DNA of 64,000 bases from contig OZ037844.1 in NCBI GenBank assembly GCA_964035575.1, positions 558,001 through 622,000 of the forward strand. Direction: 5' to 3'. This document shows positions 53,879-64,000 of the stretch, piece by piece. The translations under genes were made by a program, and so were the position numbers. This DNA is from Rhynchopus sp. YZ270_cl-10. Taxonomy: Eukaryota. The notes under the pieces were generated by a model. The model did no database searches, was not told the origin of the DNA, and saw only the letters and a list, made by a program, of their open reading frames with translations. How positions within the stretch are numbered: position 1 is the first letter of the stretch; every line of letters begins with the position of its first letter.

Positions 53879-56800
53879 GGTTTGTGAAGATGTTGATATT
53901 CAATGTTGTGTTTTATTCTGTTTCTTTTTTGTGGAGGTTGTGAGGTGAGTGGTAGGTGTCCCTGAACTGCCTCCCCACCTGACAAGCACAGCCACAGTCG
54001 AAACGGGTGGTGTGGAAGTCTCCCTCCTGAGGGTGGTGATGGGAACCCCTGACGTGACAACAACAATAGCACCACCCCGCCCTCACGCACGTCAGCCACA
54101 AACAACCCAACACAGACACAGACACAGACGCGCACGGAGGGAAAGACCACGCAGTCTAGGTGCGCCTCAATCCTCGGCTTCGTCTCGCCACTGATTCCAC
54201 TATGACATCTCAAGACTAAGATGGTTGCAAAGCGTTCGGGTTAAGGGGGTCAAAAAAAAAACATGGGGGGTAAGAGAATGCGTATGTTATAGTGGGGAGC
54301 TACATCCTGTTCTCATGCCACGTGTCGTGTGGAAGTGTACCAAAAATGAACGTGTCGCTGGAGCGCTCTCCTCTCTGAGTGGCTTGTAAACCCACACTGT
54401 GCCCGGCCTATTCCTATAGGGCATGGCACGAAAGACAGTTGGGGGGAAACAGATCACCATATGGAAAAGAAAAAATGCTCCAATAAAAATTGGTATGAGC
54501 CCCAAGCTGGAGTCATGTCCAAGAAGTTCTTTTGAAAGAACCGGGGGGGGGAAAAAAAGCAAGAAAGGGGTAGCAACTGGGGAAAAACAAAAAAACAAAA
54601 CACAAAAAAAAGGGGGGGTGAGATAAGCCTGAGCCTTCACCTTTTTAAAAAAAAAAGTATTTTCATCATATGCAATCAATAAATTGATAGTATATGGTGA
54701 GGGATCAACAAAAATGATCCCATCTTTCTTTTTATGGTGTGTGTTTTGCAAAACGTAGAAAAGAAAAATAAAATGCTTCGTGCACAAGTTGAAACTTCAG
54801 TAGATTGGTTTCTGATATTAACCCTGTTTCAGTCCTAAGAATCATACAGTTGTATTCAAAAGGGTGGACATCTTCAGTGATTTCCCTTTAAATGGTGGGT
54901 GAATATCGTGAAACCGATGTTCGTGTGAACATTTGGTACCTTCTACTTCAGTTTTTTGTTTCGGGAATACACAAAATACAAAAGTTTTTTTTTCTTTTTT
55001 CTTATTCCTTTCTCTGTCCTTACTGGATGTAATGTCTGATCACCAGGAGGAAGAGTAACCTAAAGAGTCTTGGTCTTGATGGCTGCCGTGTATACGTAAA
55101 GTATTCCGTGCAATAATTGCTACCAATCCAAACAAATACCAACACATCCTGTCTGTGTATCAGATAGAAAACCTCAGCAAACACACAAGAAAGAGAAATA
55201 AAATAAAAGTAAAAAATAGAAAAGTGAAAAACATACTGAATTTTCTGGACTTAGTAGTTCGCCGTCCAAGCAATGATTAAAACCAGTTTAATCATCCATT
55301 GTCCATTGTATTGAAACACCTACACAAAGACTAGAGTAGTACAAAGAGATAGCAAAACGTGCATTGCAAACAATTTAATATGTGTCCTGGAGTCTTAGTC
55401 TCAAGGCTATTGTCCCTTTAAAAATGGGAAAGCTAAGATGCCCACCAAGACCAAATCGCTCCTGCGAGAAAAATACTCATCACTAGTGACATAGTACGCG
55501 TTGAGTACAACCATATAAACTGCGTCGTGGACATTACCATTGGTAAACCACGACCAAATTACTACTGCGATATACCTATTATCTTCGTTCTTTTTTTTTT
55601 CCAAAGTTTTGCGGTTTTTGTAGTAGGCCTACAGACTGCACAGCTTACCCAGGGTGTGGCAATGTAATACATTGGTCTGACGTCTCACTGAAAGGGTCAA
55701 GTACGAGGTCTAGTCCCTTCCAGTGGTGAAAAAGAGTTTTTTTTTCTTTTTATTTGGTTTGTTGAAAAAAAAGCAAAACAAAAAGCAAAAAAAAAACAAA
55801 TGAAAAATGCTAATAATGGGTCCTGCAACGATGACCGTGCGCATTTTTGGGGTGGAAAAAAAGGGGACAGGGGATGTGAATTATTGAAAAAATATTAATC
55901 AATATATGGTAGTGACTATGGAAACAGAAGTACTACGCAACTCGAAAACCGCGTACATGACAAGAAATGCTTTTTTTTTTTTTGCGGGAGCTGCGTGAGC
56001 ACTATTGCTATGGGGAAACGAAAAGAAAGGGGGGAAAAGAGAAGTTGAAAGTGCAAACGCCTCACCGTACATCAGCGAGCACAAGCACTGTGGTATAAAA
56101 AATGTTTCGATGACTCTTTGCATATCACGTTTAGCCAAAAAAAAAAAAAATGCGCGGAGATCACACGAAAAAAGCGAGTCGTCAATTTTTTTTTTTGTAG
56201 ATTCCCAATCTGGCTCAGTACCCTTGGTGGTCATAGAGTACAATGTTGGCCGAAGACTTCGTACTGCATCTGCTGTAGTATAAAACAATCAATCCTGTCC
56301 GAGGACGGGGTTCTGAACACAACATCGCCCGAAGTCGACTACGTTTTTTGTTTTTTGCTTTTTTTGAAAACTTGGTTGTTTTAGTGTAGACACCCGAGGA
56401 TGAACTCCACTATACTACACACGTCTAAGGAATTTTTTTTTTTTTGAAAAATTGTTGGAGTAGTGTAGTTGCCTCGGGTTGTGTTGCTGCAATCTCCACT
56501 TTCAACTTTTTTGAAAAACCTTTTTTTTTTACCATTCCTAAACCGATTGGATGTACGTCTATTTTTAGGGGAACAGAACATTCACGGGTCCTGGAAACTC
56601 CAATAAGATGGAGTCAGCGGAACTCAAGAAGGAAGGTTGGCTTCCTCAACGTACCGGGGCCGGAACTGGCTGGGTATGTCACGAAACTGACAAAAATAGT
56701 GGTTTTCGATCTTTTTTTGGCCAGCTGTACTGTGTATACGTACAACTGGCAAAAAAAAGGGGGTAGGTCATCGCCACTAAAACTTTGAAAAGAAAACTTT

Positions 56801-58277
56801 GAAATTTTGGTTGTCCTAGTCTAGTGTAGCCACCCTAGAGTGTGCTATGACAGCTCTCCTAAAACATTTTTTACATCACCGCAGACGAACGCGGTGTATA
56901 TTTTTTTTTATTTTTTTTGTCATCAACTTGACGAAGTGCTTTAAGCTACGTGTTTCACAAACGAAAGATCATGAATAAAGAGACAAAAAAAAAGGGGACG
57001 AATTTGCCAATTTTGCCCCCAATAAGACCGCAAAAAAGGGGAGGTGAACTCTCTTCTGTCTTCGTTGTGGATAGGGTAGCTCAATAGCACTTATGTCAAA
57101 TGGGGGGGGTGTGGGGTTTATTTCTTTTGTTCTATTTGGGTAAGATAGGGAGCCCCTTAGCAAGCAGGGCAATTGTGAGTGCAATGATGGGTATATGCGA
57201 GAGTTTAGAAAAAGGGTTGGCCGACAGCCAAAAAGGAAGGGGGGGGAGATTTTTTGGCTGCTCGGAAACAACAAATTTAGGAATATTTTGAAAATTGCAA
57301 AAAAAAAAAAAAAACAAAATAAAAAACTGTAGTGTATTGATGCAGGCATCCTCCAACTGACCCACTATACGATGCCAGCCATCCGGATGAAAGCACAGTA
57401 CCCTGCGGCCTACAACAGTAAATGCAAAAAAGAAACCAAACCACCTGGAAATAAAAGTGAAGTTGATAGTGCAAACGCCTCTGGGACGCAGGCACTGACA
57501 CTCCAATAAAAAAATAGAAAAGGTTGGTCAAGATAAGTGCCTCATTGCTTCTCGATGAGTCGAGGGGGAAAAAGGGATCCAATTATTATTTTTGTTTGGT
57601 CTGAAAGAAGGGGGAACTCTCGAAAAAGAGAGAAAAGAGAAAAGTTTAGAAGATGTCTCTCTCGCTAAAGCCACTATGTCTTTTAAAAAAAAGCAGCTAG
57701 TAAACATCAGAGACTGCAATAAAATAAAACCCCCAAAGAATCTACCAAAGGAATAACAAATTGGGCACCTGTCTTTCTCCTCGACAACAAAAAAAAACCA
57801 CCGAGACAAGCGACACACAAACTGTCCTAATGTTGAGACAAAACCTTTTTGAAGAAATATTACAAAAAAAAAAAAAAAAAAAAAACGAATATTTTGTGTG
57901 ATTATAGACTACTATCCCAAGATAGGTCTATAATTACAAAAGCAGCTACAATTTCTTTTTCAGGATCCTTAAAAAATCAGGAAAGAGCTGAAACATTTGT
58001 TGAAAACGTGCTAAAAAAAAAACGCAAGCTCAGTGCATAGGGTGGAGGACGTGGTCTAGCACTCTAAGAGAACGGAGGCGGTTCAACACCACCGCTCGGC
58101 GAATCACTTTGAAATACCAAAAAACCCCTCCTCTTCAAAACAGTGCACCTCTCATACACCCGCCACTACACCGTGTAGTTTTGTACCCCTCCTCCGACAC
58201 CATGCAGTCCCTACTAGACGCTCCATTTTTCGAGAAAAAATTGCAGTACTTCTTCTTTCTATACTCTTCTTCTCTCT

Positions 58278-61200
58278 CTAAGCAAAACGAATGTATTTTT
58301 GGACAAAGTCCAGGACGTCCACTTCTGATCCTTCCAAGCCGTGTTCGTAGACATATTTTGATGCGAAATGGGCGCCGCAGATTGCCATGATGTAGCTCTC
58401 CGGGACACGCGCGATGATATTGTCTAGCCCGACCTCGTTGAGGAGCAGTGCCGGGAGCGCCTCTGTCAGGACCAGCTGCCGCAGGCTTTCGTTGCGGAAG
58501 ATGGCGGAGACCTGGAGTCTGTCGTTCAGGCTGTTGATCTTCTTTGACAGCGCATCTGTGATTTCCGCGAGATACTGTTCCCCACTGCCAGTTGCTTCGT
58601 ATCTTTGACGCTCACGCCACAACGCACCGAACTCAAGCTGAGCGTTCATCTCAATCTTCTCCTGAACCTGAGTAACATAGGTGCGGTAGAACTCCGGCAC
58701 CCCCTTCTCGCTGACACACATCAGCTCGCTGTGCTGCTCTTCCGTCATTGCCAGCGCAGCTAACACCTCCAGGGAGGAGCTGGTCACACCCCCTTTATTG
58801 CAGGTCGCATCCTTGATCAGAACGACTCCTGCGTCTTCGAGGACCCTTCGTGCGTCGCGAGTGAAGAAGAGATTGGCGCCTTCGCAAATAAAACGGAATT
58901 TTGGTGTTTTGCGGCCGTCTGCGTTGGTTAAAAACATTCGCGACACGTTGTTGATGTTCACGGCATTAGGCCTTCCTCCGCAGGGTACAAACAGATCACC
59001 ACGAAGACTACCGTGCAAATGGTATTCATTCCGGAAGTGCAGACCCGATTCGACGAATTCACCGTCAGGGAGGGTCACATTTGTGTCCTGAATGAGAACG
59101 CGGTAGCCTGAAGCAGAGAGTAGCGATACATCAAAGTTGTCGATCATCTTCCGCGCAGTGGCAAGACGCAGCAGCTCGGTCCGGTTCAAACCTTTAGGAT
59201 CGAAGACGACCCCAGACCCATCAACGATACCAATGGTCGCATCCTTCGAGATGAGGATTTCATTGCTCCCCAGGTCCCCATCGGGGCCGCCGGTCTGGAA
59301 TTTTGTGATGTTCTGCTCCTCAAGGTTGTGGGTTCGGAGCAGCCCTTTGACCTGCTCGTGCACACTGCGTGTTGTCATCCCATAAGTGTCATGCGGAATA
59401 CCCCCCATGGTCGCAGGCTTGCCTGTAGTAATCGACTTCCAAAAGCGATATCCACGCGTATGAGCATGCTTCGCTGCCCACACCACAACATCCCCTGCTG
59501 TCCCTTCATCGGGTCCAAAGAAATAAATTTCGGGTTTTTTCAGCAAATCGACCACGTCCCTCTGAAGCCCCTCCGGATCATACCCAGACCCCACCAAAGC
59601 CAGGTCAATGAGGGAGTCCATATAGGCCTTGTAAGAGTAGTCCCCCTTCTTCTGGTGTTTCTCGGGGTTGAGGAGGATGGTTCCCTTTGAGCCGCCTTCG
59701 GGGATGTCTTTGTTTTTGAGTTGTTGGGTGTACGCGAGGTTGTAGTTTTCTTCGAAGAGGGTTTGCTGGTTTTGGAAGAAGTTGCTGTTTGGGGAACGGA
59801 TCAATCTGATACCTCCACGAGCGATGTCTCTGAAGCGAATGTGAAATCCTTCGAATGAGGCTCCACAGATCAGCACTATCGCATAAGGCACTTCAGGGTA
59901 GACGGTGTCGGAGATGAACAGCGCAGGGTCCAAACGGAACGACGTCGCCGCCTTCTCCGCCGAAAAGAAGTTCGTCTTCAACACACTCTCATTGAAAACC
60001 AGCATTGTTCCAAAGATATCCTGGTCGATCGGGTCGACGACAGTGTTTTTGATGATTTTCTGCAACTCAGAGGTCGATTTTGCAAGGGTTTCCGCGCCGT
60101 TCGCAGGGCGTCTCGGGGCGATGAAGTGATCGTAGACACTCCAGGCGAGGGTGGAGTACTTTTGCATCGTTTCGTTGAAGCGCGCAACAGTCACCGCATC
60201 CTGAAGCATTGTCTTCCCCAACCTATCCAAACGGTCCAACTCTGAGATAACATTCTTCTCAATCAAAAAGCGTCTTAACGCCATGAAGTCCTCTGAGCTC
60301 TTCTGCATGAAGTGGTACGTGAAAATCTGCGCACATCCCAGATACAACTTGGCACGTGGTCCAAACTCTTTCGATCTGTTCATATACGCCGGACGCGGCA
60401 GAACAGACAGAGTGACAAGACGTCTCACAAACGAGGTGAGGCGCGTCTCAATCTCTTCCTCCGTGAGAGCGGTTTTCTCGGATCCGAGGAAGGTGACATA
60501 CGCTGAGTAGGTCACAGTACCGTGAGAGAAGGAGTCGCAAAAAACCTGCGAAATTTCAAACCCAAGCAGCGTTGCGTATTCATAGAAGGCTTCGAGACAG
60601 CCTTCCGGGGCGCCTTGGGGGTATGCCAGACGGATTTTGTATCCAGGGTGGATCTTTCTTTTGGTGACGTCGGAGATGGGGTGCAGGGTGTCGAAGCTCT
60701 TTGCGAGAATCGCATCGTATTCATTGCGTGCAAAGGTCGACCGCGTACGAAGGAATGACGCAGAGGCGACGTCCCAGATGGTGGATTTCTCTTTGTACTC
60801 TTTGAGAACGGTGTGCGTGGTGTCCGCTGTGGTGTTGAAGCGCGACTTCGTCGCAAGCCCCATAACCAATCGCTTGCCATCCGCAATCTCATGCTTGGAG
60901 GTGAACACCGTCACCGAGCAGGTCGTTTTCTCATCTTCGTTTGCGTCGACAAATTCGTTGAGTTTTGTAACCAACGCAGAACGTTCCTCCGGCGCATCAA
61001 GACAGAAGAAGCAGGCATCTCTCTCGGTGGTGTGCTGCAATGAGATCGTGCCAAAATCTGCCTTTTTGACACCAATAAAAGAGCTGAGATGTTTTGCAAG
61101 CTGCTCCGGACCGTTCTGGGAGAAATACATCGACGAAATCCCGAGCGAATAAAACGACCGCACCTCCTCCGCAAGCGTGGCCTCGGAGTAGATGTTGTCC

Positions 61201-61799
61201 TTCCTCAGCAGCTCCAGCACCTTCTCCAGTTGCCCTTTAAACACCACCTTCAAATCCGCGAACAGGCAGTCCTCTGGCGCATGCATCTCGGTGCCACGAA
61301 TCACATTGTCGACCGCGACCGTCAAATCTCCTCTCAGCTTTTCGATTTTCCCTTCCTCAGGGAGCGTTCCCTTTGCGTAAAGGAAGAGAAACACCACGAC
61401 CACACGGTCTTCGTGGAGAACCGGAACCGCCATGGAGGAGAAGGCATCGGGGGCGGTAGGTTCTGCTGCGATTGGCGAGGTCTGGACAGTAGAGGAGGCA
61501 TGCGCGGTGTGGAGGATCTCCGCACAGTACGGTGTCGTCTCATGACCCTGGCGAAGCAAAGAGAGCTCCTCAATCTGCCCCGGCGTGCCGTACCAAGCGT
61601 CCCCACAGCGCAGCCCCTTTGAGGCAGCAGGAGAGCCAGTCTGAGGGAGCGTTCCCATATCGGCCCCGACATCCTCCGGAAGCCACGCCTCAATGTACAC
61701 TGCTTCGCGTTCACATAGTCCAAATGTTCCTGTAACACCACGAAGCCCCCCCTCTAATTGCAAGCGAGGTTGGTCATGCTGAAAGGGGAGAGGACACAT
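58278..61799 (-). CDS. GDH2: NAD-specific glutamate dehydrogenase (large GDH2 type) with N-terminal GAF-like extension
   Basis: 1173 aa with GFHIRFRDIARGGIRLIRS, QQLKNKDIPEGGSKG, GPDEGTA, GGIPHDTYGMTT, KFQTGGPDGDLGSNEI, PCGGRP, EGANLF and NKGGVTSSSLEV. Confidence 0.95.
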   Translation of the reverse strand: MCPLPFQHDQPRLQLEGGLRGVTGTFGLCEREAVYIEAWLPEDVGADMGTLPQTGSPAASKGLRCGDAWYGTPGQIEELSLLRQGHETTPYCAEILHTAHASSTVQTSPIAAEPTAPDAFSSMAVPVLHEDRVVVVFLFLYAKGTLPEEGKIEKLRGDLTVAVDNVIRGTEMHAPEDCLFADLKVVFKGQLEKVLELLRKDNIYSEATLAEEVRSFYSLGISSMYFSQNGPEQLAKHLSSFIGVKKADFGTISLQHTTERDACFFCLDAPEERSALVTKLNEFVDANEDEKTTCSVTVFTSKHEIADGKRLVMGLATKSRFNTTADTTHTVLKEYKEKSTIWDVASASFLRTRSTFARNEYDAILAKSFDTLHPISDVTKRKIHPGYKIRLAYPQGAPEGCLEAFYEYATLLGFEISQVFCDSFSHGTVTYSAYVTFLGSEKTALTEEEIETRLTSFVRRLVTLSVLPRPAYMNRSKEFGPRAKLYLGCAQIFTYHFMQKSSEDFMALRRFLIEKNVISELDRLDRLGKTMLQDAVTVARFNETMQKYSTLAWSVYDHFIAPRRPANGAETLAKSTSELQKIIKNTVVDPIDQDIFGTMLVFNESVLKTNFFSAEKAATSFRLDPALFISDTVYPEVPYAIVLICGASFEGFHIRFRDIARGGIRLIRSPNSNFFQNQQTLFEENYNLAYTQQLKNKDIPEGGSKGTILLNPEKHQKKGDYSYKAYMDSLIDLALVGSGYDPEGLQRDVVDLLKKPEIYFFGPDEGTAGDVVVWAAKHAHTRGYRFWKSITTGKPATMGGIPHDTYGMTTRSVHEQVKGLLRTHNLEEQNITKFQTGGPDGDLGSNEILISKDATIGIVDGSGVVFDPKGLNRTELLRLATARKMIDNFDVSLLSASGYRVLIQDTNVTLPDGEFVESGLHFRNEYHLHGSLRGDLFVPCGGRPNAVNINNVSRMFLTNADGRKTPKFRFICEGANLFFTRDARRVLEDAGVVLIKDATCNKGGVTSSSLEVLAALAMTEEQHSELMCVSEKGVPEFYRTYVTQVQEKIEMNAQLEFGALWRERQRYEATGSGEQYLAEITDALSKKINSLNDRLQVSAIFRNESLRQLVLTEALPALLLNEVGLDNIIARVPESYIMAICGAHFASKYVYEHGLEGSEVDVLDFVQKYIRFA

Positions 61800-62105
61800 T
61801 GGGAGGGGGGAGGGGGAGGAGGAGGAATGTATCTGAGTGGTGGATTGGATTTGAGGGGAGAAGAATTGTAAAAAAAAAAGGGGGGGGTTTTGGTTGAAGT
61901 CGTTTGAAAAAAAAATCTAAAAAATGGTACAAAAAAGAATTGTTACAAAAAAAAAAGTCTAGGAGCGTACATCAAGGTTTGTTTGTGAAATATTTTTCCT
62001 CCAAAAATCTGGAATTATGCAGAAACTCGCATAATTCGCCGATAGTAACTAAATTTCCCTCTATTTTTTTCATTCACCCCTTCCCCCCACCCCCATTCCT
62101 CCACC

Positions 62106-63776
62106 TCAACCAAGTCTCGCAAGCGGACTTCCTGGGGACACATTTTGGATGGCACCACGCGGACTCTTCCCCCATGCAATCCGATCCTCTTGCGTCGTGT
62201 CAGAGAGTGGGGAGATGTGGCAGTCCGCTACTACAGCACTTCCCCGCTGCACCGACACCGGCAATGGGTGCGACACACTGCGACTGGCCGCACGCCCTCC
62301 CCCTCCTCCTCCTCCTCCCCCTTCACCCCCACGCACCTGCGCAAGACATTCCCTCGCAAGCACTATCGGATCCACAATGCCCGACACAGCCTCCAAACTG
62401 CAAGACCTTTTTCTAGGCGTCTCCACCCTTCGGAACATATGACCTACATCGGACAACGACGTCATCTGTTCCTGCATGGAGGTTAGCGTACGCTCCACCA
62501 TGGCGACCTTTGCGGCCAGGTGCTGCACTCTCCTCCTCCCCTCCTCCTCGGGAGGTACACCTTCTTGGAGTTTTTGGAGAATGGCAAAATCGTTGGACTG
62601 CCGTTTTTTGATTTGTTTTTTTTGAGATTCGAGATCGGTCATGCGTTGTGAAAGAGAATATGTTGTCGACGAAATGCGTTCAGAGAGGTCTGCTTGAGAG
62701 TCTTTGCAGAATGAGGTGAGCTTCTGGAGTTTTGTGTTTATGCGTTCGATGGATTGATTGACGTCTTTTGTGAAGGTTGTTGAAGTGCTGTCAGTGTTGG
62801 TCAGCATTTCTGCAACAAGAGTCGTAACGTTATGCTGCATATTGTCTTTGATACGAAGAAGTTTGCGTTCGGTGCTTTCATTGCCTTCCTTCCGATGACG
62901 TTCATCCCGTTTTCTCTCCCTTTGATGTTCCTTCTCATTTTCAAGAAGCGCCTGAGATATTTTAGTAATCTTCGCATCAAACACATCTTCAACACCTGAC
63001 AACGCGGTCTCCAAGGCTGTTCTTTGTTCATCCATATTCGCTGCAATTCGGGTGTCACAATTTTTTATTGTTCGAGATTCTGTTTCTTCAATCTCAACCC
63101 GAAGCTTCCCTATCGAGGCCTTAACTAAGGCCATATCAGTGTCCCATTGGGTATCATTTTTGCCTCCTTTCCGATCCATCTCTGATTCAGAAATTTTTTG
63201 AATGCGGGATTCGATAATCGCAATGCTTTCACGTCTGCGGCGTGGCTCTTCTTTTACCTTAGCTTTAAGAACCTCCAACTCCTCTTCAAAGGTGAGTGTT
63301 GTGGTGAACGCTTTCTGCATTTTACTAATTTCACCGTGAGACTGCAGAATCGCAGATTTATTATTAGAGACACGCCCGTCAAGATCCTCCAGAGTTGCGG
63401 AGTACTCCTCACGTAGCGTTTCAAAAAGGGTGTGATCTGTGTTGGTCTGTTGGACCACCTTTTTTAGTTGAGTCTCAGAACTCTGTATTGCAGCTTCATG
63501 TCGAACCGTACTGTGCCGTAAGCTTATAATGAGCTGCTCCAAATCTGAGACTCTGTTGACCAAGTCGTTGTTGCATTTCAACGCTTCTGAATGAGATTCG
63601 GTTAAGTTCCGGATGAGTGTATCATGTCTGGCCAGCACTGCTTCGATTCCTGCGCAAAGAGAGTCGGTGCGCTGGCACATAGACTCAACGTCGCTTACTC
63701 GAGAGCTGGCGGACACAATCGATGCCAATGTCGGTAGAGGGGCTCCACTGCAGATACTACTCTCGGAGGGGGTCAT
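62106..63776 (-). CDS. Hypothetical long coiled-coil protein (556 aa)
   Basis: Long ORF with E/K/L/Q-rich heptad-like sequence and an upstream pyrimidine tract on the minus strand. Confidence 0.85.
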   Translation of the reverse strand: MTPSESSICSGAPLPTLASIVSASSRVSDVESMCQRTDSLCAGIEAVLARHDTLIRNLTESHSEALKCNNDLVNRVSDLEQLIISLRHSTVRHEAAIQSSETQLKKVVQQTNTDHTLFETLREEYSATLEDLDGRVSNNKSAILQSHGEISKMQKAFTTTLTFEEELEVLKAKVKEEPRRRRESIAIIESRIQKISESEMDRKGGKNDTQWDTDMALVKASIGKLRVEIEETESRTIKNCDTRIAANMDEQRTALETALSGVEDVFDAKITKISQALLENEKEHQRERKRDERHRKEGNESTERKLLRIKDNMQHNVTTLVAEMLTNTDSTSTTFTKDVNQSIERINTKLQKLTSFCKDSQADLSERISSTTYSLSQRMTDLESQKKQIKKRQSNDFAILQKLQEGVPPEEEGRRRVQHLAAKVAMVERTLTSMQEQMTSLSDVGHMFRRVETPRKRSCSLEAVSGIVDPIVLARECLAQVRGGEGGGGGGGGGRAASRSVSHPLPVSVQRGSAVVADCHISPLSDTTQEDRIAWGKSPRGAIQNVSPGSPLARLG

Positions 63777-64000
63777 TTTGTGAAAAGAGAAAAAAAAAAT
63801 AAAAAGTTTTTTTTAGGTGGGAGAAGAAGGGAAAGAGACAAGAAGAGAGAGATGAGAGAGAGGGGTAGAAATATGTGCAAAGTTTGAGGCGTAAAAAAAG
63901 GGGGGTGCGGGGGTGTGGGTAAACCTCGCTTCCTGTAGTGTGTGGTTTGAGGGGAGAGGGGAGAGGGGAGGGCCACGGGATCACTCCCCCCCGTACGTAA

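Overview
Eukaryotic genomic DNA. All credible genes lie on the minus strand, show no obvious introns, and are separated by homopolymer-rich spacers. This layout, together with the gene families present (degenerate membrane cyclases, PPTP-stalk 7TM-like surface protein), suggests a polycistronic cluster of a euglenozoan, probably a diplonemid; that taxonomic call is inference. Single-copy genes: a partial membrane receptor-like gene at the left edge, a 3-mercaptopyruvate sulfurtransferase next to a cysteine dioxygenase with an extra N-terminal ABM-like domain, a degenerate class III nucleotide cyclase, a large secreted/TM Pro-Thr stalk protein, a small PAN/apple protein, three hypothetical proteins, and an NAD-specific glutamate dehydrogenase with a GAF-like N-terminal extension. 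The main accessory feature is a ~24 kb array (30.2-53.9 kb) of eight ankyrin-repeat paralogues plus a fragment. They share a near-constant N-terminus carrying an NLS and have shuffled 3-ankyrin (~100 aa) modules, with visible recombination scars. Non-coding DNA holds several non-autonomous TIR elements, including a three-element nest with 6-bp target duplications. It also holds an 11-copy identical 90-bp array that can fold into a hairpin, and a set of co-oriented 40-100 bp dispersed modules that often sit just 3' of genes. No rRNA, tRNA or CRISPR array could be supported.
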